Below, in pieces: positions 36,886 through 48,829 of a DNA stretch of 64,000 nucleotides (position 1 is the first letter of the stretch; every line of letters starts with the position of its first letter). The position numbers and the translations under genes were made by a program. Source of the stretch: Vitrella brassicaformis CCMP3155 (taxonomy: Eukaryota; Protista; Chromerida); assembly GCA_001179505.1 (NCBI GenBank), contig CDMY01000341.1, positions 1-64,000 on the forward strand. Reading direction: 5' to 3'. The notes beneath the pieces are model-generated. The model was given only the letters and a program-made list of their open reading frames with translations. It searched no databases and was not told where the DNA came from.

Positions 36886-38637
36886 TCATGCCCCATGTCC
36901 TTTCCCTGACGGGCACGTGTCACAGCCGTGCAAATGACTGCACAGCGATGAAGCGTTCCAACCAGGCCTGACATGGGGGCATGATGTGGATCACGCACAC
37001 CACAAAGGATACACAGTACAGCCTAGCACCACTGATTGATGCACCCACCCCACCCAGTCAACAGCACACCAATCCACAAGTGTGTGAAATCCCTCCCTGA
37101 TGGAGTGCATGGCTGGCTCTGTCTGTGTGAGTGGGTGGCTGGTTCTGTCGACTCAGCCGGCCAGCCAGACATGACTACAAAAGTGGTCGCATCCCACCAA
37201 CGCCACACACACGCGGAAAACAGTCCGACAACCATGCCCACGAACCGCCAAACCCCCACACAACACGGACGGACTGATGCGTGTGGCCACAGGATACAGA
37301 GAGAGACCTGACTGCTCTCGAGAAAGCGCTGATGATGAGCTGGCTTCCAGCACTCGTCTCTCGCTTCCTTCCACTGCATTGGCCTGCCACGCACGCACTT
37401 CATTGCCGTTGAGACGGTGTATGGTGTCCCGTCAGCACTGCAGCACGCGCCAGCCAGGCCAACACAGCGGAGGGACAGCACAGAGCAGACAGACAGACAG
37501 ACAGACAGCCACCATGCAATGACCGACAGACACACGAAAGGCACCAGCAGACACACATGAAGCACACCCACACCACTCTGCAGAAAAGACCGCTCTGACT
37601 GAAAGCGAAGAGTTACGAAAAGATGTGAGGCGGCGTTTTGCCGTCCTCACGCCCCATGTCAGGCCGCTGCAGAGCACGTGCCATTGCAGCGCCTTTGCCC
37701 GCACAGCAATGAGACGTACACCCAGGGCTGATGACATAAGGGCATGAGGGGTCACGCACAGCAGCATACACACGCGACTCAAGCTAGTGTACCACTGCTG
37801 ACGAAGACAGAATAGCCAGCGAACAACCGATAGGAATGTGTGGAAAGCGAAGGCAGTGACGTAGTCGCACTCGTCTCTCTCTTTCCCCCGCTGCAGTTGC
37901 CTGTCATGCACGTGCTATATTGCCGTCGAGACGGTGTGTGATGCCCCGTCAGCACTGCAGCACGCGCATGGAAGGCCAACACAGCGGAGGAAAAGCGCAG
38001 CAGACACCATACAATGACGACAGACACAACAGGCGCCAGCAAACACACATAATCCACACCCACATCACTCGAGAGAGGCAGAAAGACACCGCTCGGCTTT
38101 TCTGCCCTGGCGCTCACACATGCATCCACCCACGTCTGCGTGAAGCGAATCTACAAATTGAGGTGGGGTGTTCACTGATTGCCGTGGCACGGCGCCACCC
38201 TCATGCCCCATGTCAGGCCGCCGCACAGCACGTGTCATCGCTATGCGTTTGCCCGCACAGCAATGAATCGTACCGAGCTGAGACCACATGAGGGCACGGG
38301 GGGGGACTCGCAGCACAAGGCATACGCAACCCAAGCAAAATGCACCACTGATGACGAAGACGCTATCTCACCGATGGAAGTCATCTGTGGGCAACGAAGC
38401 CATACCACAAAAATCGGATGGCAACCCAACTCAATGAAGTATCGCCCTCTGTGCAGTGCCCGCCCGTCAGATGACGACAGGAATGTGCCGTAGCCTACAG
38501 GGACGTGATCGCACTCTCGCCTCTCGCTTCCCTCCGCTGCAGTCACCTGCCAGGCACATACCACATTGCCGTCGAGACGGTGTGGACTGTCCCAGCAGCA
38601 CTGCAGCACACGCCCGGAAGACCAACACAGCGGAGGG
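36886..38637 (-). ncRNA. Second copy of the six-hairpin cluster (T2 36886-36984, T1 37367-37474, T2 37645-37749, T1 37883-37993, T2 38199-38302, T1 38530-38637)
   Basis: Same stems as in 9022-10798 on the minus strand. Two T1 units are exactly 108 nt. There are compensatory changes relative to the copy-1 counterparts. Confidence 0.5.
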
Positions 38638-39620
38638 ACAGCACAACAGCCGAAAGAATTCGTATAAACACGCGACAGGCAGCCACTCCCCCCCGACAGG
38701 ACAGCCCCACCATGCCACGCACCACTAAGTACGCAAAAACCACAACACTCTAGCTAAGCTAGACAGAGAAACAGATCCTTGGGTGAGTAGGTGGACGAGG
38801 GAGATCTCGGTGGAGGGCAGGGTGGTCCCCAGGGCTCGCCTACAACACCTGCCTGAAGAGACAGACGCACACAACACAGCCACACAACACGTCCACGCCC
38901 AGTGAGTGCATCTATCTGGCTTCCTGACGTACCTGCCAACTCCGGCAGCACAGCACCACTGTCTGTCGTTTGGTATGCGACCTACTTGCCTCGTCCGGCC
39001 GAACCTGCATGAGGGGAAGTGAAAGAGAGGACAGGATGGGATTGTCCTGTGTTGCGTTGCGGCTGTGTGTCGTGTGTACCTTGCGTGGCGGGATAAATGG
39101 ACGAGTAGCTCCCAGTCAATCATCTGACAACGCGCACATGCACATGCATGTGAAAGCGGAACGCTCACACACCTGACCTGCACGCCGTGTCTCACCTTGC
39201 CATCTGACGTCGTGTGGCGGTCTCATTGCCACTGCCGCCGTGCCACTGCTGTGCTCCTCTCACAACACCCTTGACACTGATCAGCACCACCTAAGCAGCA
39301 CAGAATCCGGTCACATGCACACCTGCCACCTTGTTCAGATGCTCTCTGCCGTGCACATGCACCATTCAGCTACCTTGAAGTCGTGTGGGGTGTTCACGCT
39401 GCCCTGACAGCGAAAGAGAGAAAATGCGGAGGGGCGGCATGGCGTCGAAGGGACAGGCCAGTGGGCAGATCAGGACGTCCAGGCAGCTGACGGCAGCAGG
39501 AAAGAGGGTAGATCGCAGAAGGGCGAAACAAATCCGAGCGTGAAACAGTTTGAGCGGAGCATTTGGAGAGGATGAATGCATTGGCATTGTGATTTCTCCT
39601 GCGATAGCATTGTTCAGAAG

Positions 39621-41972
39621 ATGGCTGCATCAGCGGCGGCTGCTGCAGCAGCTGGCGAGAAACGCAAGTGTCCTGATGGCGCTGTTGGTGAGAGCGCCTC
39701 CCTCGGTGCGCTGCATCAGTCCATCCAGTACAGCCGAAGCGTCACCAACGCGCTGCAAGCCATGCTGGAGGATCTGGAGGAGCGCCAAAGAGCCTTGGGC
39801 GGGTCTGCTGCAGCGCCAAACAAACCAGTGGTGAGCCAGATGGACCAGAAAGCGGAAAGGCAGTCGAGGACATGCATTCATCGCGCGTGTGTTTGTGTTG
39901 GTTGTGGTGTTGTGGTGTGCAGGATGAGTTGATGAAGGAAGTGTTGGAGTTGAATGTGAGCGGCGAGCAGGTGCGGGTTCAGCGATCGACTCTGTGTGCG
40001 GTCAAGGACTCGGTGCTCGCCACCCTCTTCGGTGGCAAATTTGACGCTGCGTTCATCCGTGACGAGAAGGATCGCATCTTCCTGCAGATCTACCCACCTG
40101 CATTCACCTGGTGAGGAAGGCCTAGTGATGGATTTATTATGTCATCTCTCTCACACACGTGTGTGCGTGTGTTTGTGTGTGTGTGTTTGGCGGGCTGCAG
40201 GTTGGTGATGAATCTGATTATGTATGAGGAGGAGCAGGTCGACAACATTGCAATCCCCCCGTCCAAACAACACGACACCCCATTCACGTGAGCACCAGGC
40301 CCATCACACACACATGACGGTCAAATGCAGCCGATGATGTGTGTCGTCAGGTATTGGGTTGAGTTGCTGCTTTGGGATCCCTTCCACAAGCGGCGGCCGG
40401 GCGGCGACGCCTTCTCCCCGCTGCCGACCCAGCCACGGACCAGCAGCAGGATGCCGGGCAGCCCTTTGCGGCTCAGCTGAGGCTGACGGCGGAGCTGCAC
40501 AGGCTGACGAAGAAGGCGCTGGAGGAGAAGGCCGCACATGAGCAGCGGCTGGATGCCATCAAGCCACTACTCAAGATGGGCAATGTGGAAGACGATACGG
40601 TGAGCCGGACACAGTGAGGGAAGGGGATCAGAGGAGATGCACTGACTGCACGTTCTGGTTGTGGTTGCCCTGTTAAGCAATTGGTGTCGACGAGTGTGTC
40701 GGGGTCCACGGTGTCGGTGACGACAGGCGTAGCGAAATCGCTGGGCGACGACTCTACCTTTGCCAACAGATTCATCAAGTTCGCCTGCACAGACTTGGGC
40801 CTTTTGAGAGCTCGCTTGTATCCCCTGTCTGTCTGTCTGTCTGTCGTGTCAGGTACGGCCCTACGGTTCGTGCGCCCATCGAGCATGTCCGGCGCATTGT
40901 CGATGTCGTATCTCGTGCCCACATGAAAGGGGCAGCCATCACAGCGGCTGACGTGCGGGGGGCGATGGGTGACCTGGCCATCAACGGATACCGACACGCA
41001 CTCACCATGTAACAGCGACGAGAACACACAGAGCTGCTCACCACACAATGCCCCGACGGCTGTTCTCTGTCTGTGTGTTGGTTTGTGTCAGGTACGGTTT
41101 GGATAGCGATCGCTATTTGGGGCCCGCTGACGGCCTGCTGACCACCGAGCACCTGCACAAGATGCGGCAGTGGTGTGAGGGCGAGGAGGACGCCCCCGCA
41201 CACATCCCCTCGTGTGTGGGCGACCCGGTGATGCGCATATACAAGTGAGAAGGGCAGGCCAGACAGATGTGAGCATGCCGGCAGTTTCTCGTCATGCCCG
41301 TGTGTCTTGATGTGCATCCCATGTCAGGGCGACTGTGGATGGGTGGAAGTGGTTGGATTTCTTCGAGGCCGTCAACGGCCGCTCCCCCCTGCTGCTCATC
41401 TCGAAGGTGGCCGACAGCAATGAGCTCTTCGCCATCATCATCGAGGGGCCTATCGAGGTCACGGGGACGGCCAAGAGCCGCAGCGACACGAAATCGTACG
41501 CCTTCAAGCTGCAGGGGACAGACAGCCACCCACACGTGGGCTACATCGGCTGGAACAACAAGATGTCAATCGCGGGCACACAGGTGGGTGCCTACCTGAA
41601 TGAGCCAGGCAGTCATGGTGATGGTCTCCTCTTTATCCATGTGTGCAGGACAGAGTCACTCCCCTCATCGACTTCATTTCACCCGCCTCCTACGCGACGG
41701 CCGTCCTCGCCGCTGCATCTTTCTACTTCGGCGTCCGTCCGGCCGCCCAGATGGGACAGATCGGCGCACCAGCAGCAGCCAGCGATGAGATCATGAAACG
41801 ATGCCAGGGAGTCGTGCTGGAAGAAGAGCAGGCCGACGAGTGGCGGCAGTGGCATCGGCCGAGTGTGAGGCTCAGCGACTACGGCGGTGACACTGACGCA
41901 GTGCTCCTGCCTGTGTCTGTGAAGGGATGGCACTTCGACATTAGTGAGCTGGAGGCATACAAGTTGGCGTGA
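39621..41972 (+). pseudogene. BTB/POZ + TLDc-like gene, copy 2; two apparent -1 frameshifts
   Basis: Paralog of 5634-7995. Single-base deletions relative to copy 1 near 40277 (gacacccattc vs gacacgccattc) and near 40412 (gccttctcccc vs gccttcctcccc). Confidence 0.65.
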
Positions 41973-42741
41973 GTGAGGGAAGGAGGGAGGGGGACGGTGG
42001 CACGGGTGCTGGATTCATGCGTTGGATCGACACGCGCTTTGTACAGATGACAGTAGCTGTCGGTGCTGCCTGCCTGTGCGTCGGTCTGTCTCTCACTCAG
42101 ATGGAAGCATACCAGCAGCCAAACCGCCATTCACACGCAATTGAGCAGCACCGATAGTCAGTCAGTGAGTCCATCCTTTGGGTGGACTCTATCTGTTGGT
42201 TTCTGCGTAGTCTGTCTGTCGAGCGTGTGTGGTTGAAATGGACAAGGGCGGGTGGATGAGTGAGTGGGTGAAGGAGATTTCTTGCCGCCAAGCTCTAGGC
42301 TGTACACATGGGTTGAATGAACCACACAATGAACGAACGCATGAAGACGGACACCACTCCACTCACACACACAGATGGTCTCACACATGCGCACACAGAC
42401 ACAGACACATTGAATGTGTACCATGGGGCCATCCAGCCATCCAGCCAGCGCACAGATATTGACATCATCTACACAAGAGCCGCCCTCCTGCTGCAGCCAG
42501 CAGCCACTATGTGTGTGTGATCTGAACCACACAGACAACCAAACACAGCCGTGAGCAGCAGCAGAGAGGCGGTGGTCTGCGAGTCGCCTTGCGTACCTAG
42601 CTCTATGTGAGATGGTTGCTGCTGCTGTCCTCCTCGTCCATCTCATCGACACTCCTGCCAGCCAGCCAGACAGACAGACAGCCATGTGTGTACTCATGCA
42701 GAGAGCCCCCATCCACCCCTCCCCTCCCCTCCCCCCTCAAC

Positions 42742-44760
42742 TCACTGGTCGTCCTCCACGTGCTGTTGCTGCTGCTCGTCGTCATCGTCGTCGATCATAT
42801 CGCCATCCTCCTCCTCTCCCGAGTCGCCGTCCATGCCATCCTCGGCCACGGAACCCTTCACACGTACCCAACACATTGAGGAGTGGAAATGGGTGACATG
42901 GCATGTGTGCGCGCGTGTGCCTCCTTCCACCTCATCTGGATCCTCGCCGTCCCCGCCGTCCTCAACACCGTCCTGCACACACACACAACAGTGAATCGTC
43001 ACATGCATGTGACTGTGTGTCCCTCCCTCACTGACCTCGTCTAGGTCGTCGTCGCTCGAGCTATCATCATCATCATCCAATGGCTCCTCACCCCACAGCG
43101 CACCGGGGGGCCCCCTCCCACCCATGGCCTCCCACCATTCTATCGTCTGCACCACACACTGGCCTCCCCCCGCCCCTTGCACCACCACACGGCCATCGAA
43201 CGAGCTCTCGAATGGCTTGCTCTTGCCGAATCCCCTGTCGATGTCAGGCAGCTCATAGCGCTGCGCCTCCTCACATCGAATCAGGTGGATGACCTCACGG
43301 AGGCCATAGACTATGCCCTCGTCTACCTGCCCGCCCTCTCCCCCTCCCTGGCTGTCTGACGTGTCGGTGTGTGTGATGTGTGGCGTGACGAACGCAGTGC
43401 GCTGAAACAAACGGCGCCGCACAGAGGGGCTGGCCACATTGCAGACACGCGAGATGAAGAAAGACAGTGCCGCATTGAGCCGCCGCCCGAGTGGCGTGCG
43501 ATCAGAGAAGGGCAGAGATGGGGGCTCTATGTACGAGGCAATCTGACAGCACAACACACCCACACCGAACACAGAGTGGGAAGCCGACAGGGCAGACAGA
43601 GTGCGCAGGCGGGCGAGGGACGTGTTGATGAAGCGCATGGCGTGAGTGGTAACAGAGCGACTCAGATAGTCGTGGTACACCGACAAAATGCGGTGCTTAT
43701 CTCTGGCTGTGGGGCGAAAGTGGGTGAGTGCTATGTCTACCGATGCCCCCAGTTGGATGAGATGCTGCGCAGCAGTGTGGTGATCTTCCCACACAAAGGC
43801 GAGAAGGGGCGGCTGCCACCCCCCATCGTCATCTACGTCAGCTCCTGCCTCATGCACCAGGAACGACATGACATCAACATCCCGGGCAGCAAAACAGAGT
43901 GCGTCACTATCAGCCCTCACTCCCTGCTGCCTCACCAGCCAGTACATAATGGCCCTGTTCTGACTGTCGACGGCTTCATTCAACGCCCTACTGCCCCTGT
44001 CCCCCTCCACCACCTCCCGTCCCATCCCCTCTACTAGTTTCTCGAGAATGGCGATGTGGGCGTCCGTCTGGCCATCGTGCGCCGCATCCCCCTGCTGGTG
44101 CCGCTGCTGCTCATCCGGCTGCTCTTCTTTGTCCACTCGGAAGCGGCACTTACACGCCTCGTAGAGAGTCGAGTATCCGTAGAGGCTGGGTGGTGAGGGT
44201 GCTGCTGCTGCGGCAGTGGTCAGCCGAGTGACGATCTCCAGGCACTCCGTGGCCGAGACCTCTTCCATGGCGGAACTGGCGAAGAGCGACCGCAGCGAAC
44301 CACCATAGTAGCACCTGGCGGCGTGCCTCAGGAGGGTCCCGATCATGGGCAGGAGGGCCGACAGCAGACGGGGGTCGGCACAACCCAGGCGGTCTAGCAC
44401 CAAGTCCAGTGGTGTCTTGCCGGTACAAAATGGGGCGTACACAGAGGTGTCATAGTTCACCTCCGCTCCAGCGTCGAGGAGACAGTCCAGCATCGCGGCA
44501 CCATCCTCTCCGACGCACGTCTCAGCAGCCAGATGCAGCAGGGACAGCGGGGAAATGTAGCCGTCACAGGGGTTCTTGCGATACCGCCCGTTGGGGTCGG
44601 CCGTCTCTTGCGTCAGCAGCTGGGCTGCTGCGTCAGGTGAGAGGGAACCATAGTGGAGGCCGAAGGCCAACTCTTTGGTGGCCGAGAGGGCAAAGGCGGG
44701 CGCTCCGCCGCGTGAGAGGGTCACGGGGAACGGCTCTCTAAGGTGCTGCTGGTGCGGCAT
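42742..44760 (-). CDS. Ankyrin-repeat protein with acidic C-terminal tail
   Basis: 672-aa ORF with ankyrin-like units (SPLSLLHLAAE...LLDAGAEVN; RALNEAVD...; ALCFAA..VDVMSFLVHEAGADVD; PPLL...HLIQLGASVD). Two probable in-frame introns lie near the 3' end. Confidence 0.8.
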   Translation of the reverse strand: MPHQQHLREPFPVTLSRGGAPAFALSATKELAFGLHYGSLSPDAAAQLLTQETADPNGRYRKNPCDGYISPLSLLHLAAETCVGEDGAAMLDCLLDAGAEVNYDTSVYAPFCTGKTPLDLVLDRLGCADPRLLSALLPMIGTLLRHAARCYYGGSLRSLFASSAMEEVSATECLEIVTRLTTAAAAAPSPPSLYGYSTLYEACKCRFRVDKEEQPDEQQRHQQGDAAHDGQTDAHIAILEKLVEGMGREVVEGDRGSRALNEAVDSQNRAIMYWLVRQQGVRADSDALCFAARDVDVMSFLVHEAGADVDDDGGWQPPLLAFVWEDHHTAAQHLIQLGASVDIALTHFRPTARDKHRILSVYHDYLSRSVTTHAMRFINTSLARLRTLSALSASHSVFGVGVLCCQIASYIEPPSLPFSDRTPLGRRLNAALSFFISRVCNVASPSVRRRLFQRTAFVTPHITHTDTSDSQGGGEGGQVDEGIVYGLREVIHLIRCEEAQRYELPDIDRGFGKSKPFESSFDGRVVVQGAGGGQCVVQTIEWWEAMGGRGPPGALWGEEPLDDDDDSSSDDDLDEVSEGGTHSHMHVTIHCCVCVQDGVEDGGDGEDPDEVEGGTRAHTCHVTHFHSSMCWVRVKGSVAEDGMDGDSGEEEDGDMIDDDDDEQQQQHVEDDQ

Positions 44761-45089
44761 CGTCAGATCTTACGGGCGGGATGGGCGAGGCTGCTGCAGA
44801 CACACATACACCAGGCAAGAGAAGCGGGATGACGAAGCTAGGGGGACCTGCCTGGGCTGCCTTCTCACCTGTATGAGCATCACAGGCGGGCATCTTGGCG
44901 CCACAGTGCGTGGGCGCCGCTACCACCTGGACACGCCACCTGGACACGCCACCGTGCGGAGGAGTGGCATGGCGTCGAAGGGACAAGCCGATGGGCAGAT
45001 CGGCCATGCAGGCAGAGCGGCCGATGGGTGCCATGAGTTCCATGGGCTGAGTTACACGGGGGCGCGAGAGGCCAGGTGAATAGTTGCCG

Positions 45090-46066
45090 ATGGCCCAGGA
45101 TCAGGAAGGTATGCGTCACTTCCCATAATGCTTTCGGCGTCTCCTCCTGCAGCGGTTTCTCTTGCAGATATCGATATCGCTGGTGGACCAAGTAGTGATG
45201 GTGACGCGCCTTCGCCTGTCGTTGGCGGCAACGATGCCGCTGGCAGCCCGACTGACAATACATGTAGAGGAACCGCCGCTGTCTTTGAGGTATGACGAGC
45301 ATCTTCATCCATGAAAACACACGCAAACTGCACAGATGCCTCAAGCTTTGTTTCCTCACTTTCTTATCCATCGGATTCCTGCAGGCCATTCGGATGCAAG
45401 GGTGGTCCGCCATTGCTTTGGTAAGCATCCATCGACAGACAAAGGCATCACTCGCCCTACACAGTGTCGTTTCCCTTCCGCCCTGTGTGCAGCCTCGAGA
45501 GCTTCACGTTGGCGTCTTTGCGTTCGTCAATCCCGTGTGGTGCCTAAAGCCGCCCCTGCCCTCCCCACTCAGCGGGGCAGTCCTTCAATACCACACCGAG
45601 CTTGTCATCGACTGCCGCAGCACACAAGAGAGAACCTTCTGGCAGCGGATGACGTCGCAGACGGCGTACGAGCTCGGCAAACAGATGATCAACCTCAAGT
45701 GTCTCATCCATCGCTACCCACGAACACCTGATGGAGCGGAGGGCCTTCCTGCTGGCGGCAACTATTTCTCACCTCGATGGTGCCGTGGGACCGTGATCGG
45801 GCTAGTGGAGGGGCATGTGCAGGGACGGCGAGCGGCGCGCGTGAAGGAGGGGCCGGGGACCACGATGGCAGAGGGATCGCTCAAGTCGTTGACCTTCGAG
45901 TCCGTGGTGATTCCACACAGCGGACGACACGAGATGAACCAGCTGAACATCACCAACTCTGAGCCTTTTCAAGTTGCTGTCGCCCCATCCCACCCCATCA
46001 ACCTCCCGGCCCTCACTGAGGTCAACGGCGTCACCCACGGCCACTCTGTCATCGATGGGCGGGGAT
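45090..46066 (+). CDS. Paralog A of an expanded unknown-domain (+TLDc-like) family; truncated by assembly gap
   Basis: Exon 1 ATGGCCCAGGATCAGGAAG|gt, exon 2 DIDIAGGPSS..., main exon RELHVGVFAFVNPVWCLKPPLPSPLSGAVLQYHTELVIDC...WCRGTVIGLVEGH. Nearly identical to paralog B. Confidence 0.6.
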
Positions 46067-46366
46067 NNNNNNNNNNNNNNNNNNNNNNNNNNNNNNNNNN
46101 NNNNNNNNNNNNNNNNNNNNNNNNNNNNNNNNNNNNNNNNNNNNNNNNNNNNNNNNNNNNNNNNNNNNNNNNNNNNNNNNNNNNNNNNNNNNNNNNNNNN
46201 NNNNNNNNNNNNNNNNNNNNNNNNNNNNNNNNNNNNNNNNNNNNNNNNNNNNNNNNNNNNNNNNNNNNNNNNNNNNNNNNNNNNNNNNNNNNNNNNNNNN
46301 NNNNNNNNNNNNNNNNNNNNNNNNNNNNNNNNNNNNNNNNNNNNNNNNNNNNNNNNNNNNNNNNNN
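46067..46366. other. Assembly gap (300 N)
   Basis: Run of N. Confidence 0.99.
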
Positions 46367-47999
46367 GCATCTGTAAGGACGGCAAGTGCAAGCCGGTACG
46401 CATTCATAACGCACTCGTGGTCCCTGAACGACGTTGATTGGTTGCGTGTTGCCTGCTGTCTGTCTGTTTGGTGGTTGGCAGATTTAATGATAGCGCACCT
46501 CACTTAGAATACACACAACACTACTCGAGTGGCTGGCTGCTCGAAATGGCTGTCTGCCTGTTTGGCCGCCTGGCTGCCCGTGGAATGAGATGGCCGTCTC
46601 GTCGACTGATCTGCAACCTCTGTCTGTCTGTCTGTCCGCCGATTCCCACGACTGTAGCCACCACACACACACACATACACACACGAAGAACGACCAGACA
46701 GAACACACCACCGCTAGCCGCGTTTTAAGAGGGGGGCCGACACGTGTCGATAAGGGGTGGAGGGAGGGAGGGGGGGGGGCCCTTTTTGACGAACAGAGGG
46801 CGGGAATGGCTGGCTGGCACAAACACAGACACACCATTGGTCGATCGACATGTCGGGCCGTTGCACAGCCAGTGTGTGTGCGGTGTACATGTGGAGTGTG
46901 CTGCTGCCGCTGGTGGGGTGTGATTTGTGTGGCTCGATGGCTGATGGAATGAGTGGACACAGACACACACATGCATGTGCGTAATTGAATCACCCATGGA
47001 CCACAACATGGCCGTGTGCGCGCTGAGCTGTCCGACACTGGATGGAGGCTTCGGTGTCCGTCGACCATTTGCCATTCAATGGATTGATATTCCCGTCCCC
47101 CCGTGTCAGTCACCCCACGCAGAAGCGCACCAAACAACACCCAGACCATGCAACGCGATGCAAGCGGTCCACAGTACACCGAAATAACGCATTACACATT
47201 CCCGACTCGACTCCCCGCTCTCAATCTGCCCCTTGGCTGTGCGTTGAGCTAGTGGGTGTTGCCGGCCTTATCTCCTCCACTCGCCATCGCCATGCCGCCA
47301 CCACCCTCTGACATGCACACACAATGGGATGCATAATCCACCCAATTGAATCCACAAGCCGTCCATCCGTCCACACATGCTCACCGTTGGCATTGTCTGC
47401 TTTGTCTGTCGTCGTGTCTGGGTCGGTTGTGCTGCTGCCGTGTGTCAGCCGACGGACTGCCATCATCGAGCCCGCTGCACTGCCGCCGTTGTCCCCCTCC
47501 CCCCCCGGGGTCTGCAAGCTTCCAACCGATCTGATCTTCCTCCTCGGGTGAAGTGTGTTCATGAGACGAATGTCCATCTAGAGCGTCACATGTATGTACA
47601 TGCTGCAGCCTCGCTGCCAGAAAAAGCTAGCTACACCGAGAGAGACAGAGAAACTCACAGGTACCCTCAGCGCCCCGCCCACACAGCGATGCAGACGCGC
47701 AGATAGATAGACAGACAGACAGTCACCTGAGCGTCAGTCTGCTTCAGACTTCAATCAATAGACGGCTTGAAGCCGTTGTCATAGGTCGCTGCCGAGCACT
47801 TGTGTATTCCAAGACCTCCGATCTATAAGAGAAATCCAAACCTGAACACACGCACACACGCACACGCACACGCACACGCACAGGGCTGTGTCTGTCTGTT
47901 CATGGCGGTCTCCATTGCCCTGTCTGTCTGTTTGTTACCTCTCTCTAGACACTTCGCTACACAGGCAGAATCTAAACCACACATGACACACACAGAGAC

Positions 48000-48490
48000 A
48001 GACAGACAGACAGTGGCTGAGTCCATCCGGCTGGCCTCTCTTGGAGTGTGCAGATCGATCAGAGCTAGTTGCTCACAGAAGGCAGACACCCACGTTTTGA
48101 AAACGTTTTGAAAACCTCGAAGTCCTTGTCTGAGCCAGGCGGTCTGCAAGCAACAGCCAGACAGAACCCAAATGCGCGCGCATAGCATAGTACAAACACA
48201 AAAAACAGACGTACACTGCTTACCTCTTGCCCTGCTGCAGGATTTGGACAGGATGGCCTCAGTGTCGGCCAACCACTGCAGAACCTCCTCGTCGGTCGGC
48301 TCCTCGTCGGTCGGCTGACCGACCTCGCCCCAGAAGCGCTTCTGTGCACACACACACACACGCGCACCAAAGACACACACACACACATATACTGAGACCA
48401 CGCTGCCGATCTCTGCTGCCTTACAAATATGGCGAACATGTCATCGAAAGCCTCGACGCCGCGTTCAAGCTTGAATCGGGGCGTGACGGC
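48000..48490 (-). CDS. Possible small multi-exon gene or gene fragment, unknown
   Basis: Phase-compatible exons AVTPRFKLERGVEAFDDMFAIF|gtaag and ag|KRFWGEVGQPTDEEPTDEEVLQWLADTEAILSKSC. No start codon or family identified. Confidence 0.3.
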
Positions 48491-48829
48491 TGGAGGTGCC
48501 GCATCCGAAGGGCACAGACGTCACGCCGACGAGCCGACTCTCTGGTGTGGAGAACGCCGGTGTGGCAGACGACGACACTGCCGCTGCTGCTGCTGCCAGG
48601 GAGAGAGCGGCGACGAACGTGAACGTCGGGAGGCGCATGGAAGGACCATAGATCAGCAGCAGCGGGATGAATCCTCAAACTTGGTGCTTACAGATCTTCG
48701 AGGACGTCACCGTCCTGGATGGTCACATTAATGTAGGGATTCTTCGACCTCATTCTCGAGCTGCGCCGTTGATGAGTTACACGGCGATGGGAAATAGGTT
48801 GAATTGAGAGCCCCGGCTAGAGCTTCACG

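Larger units (their letters stand above)
36225..42170 (+). repeat. Copy 2 of ~6 kb inverted segmental duplication
   Basis: Reverse-complement counterpart of ~5400-11555, with the same order of six hairpins and the BTB-TLDc gene. Many substitutions and small indels show it is not an assembly duplicate. Confidence 0.9.
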
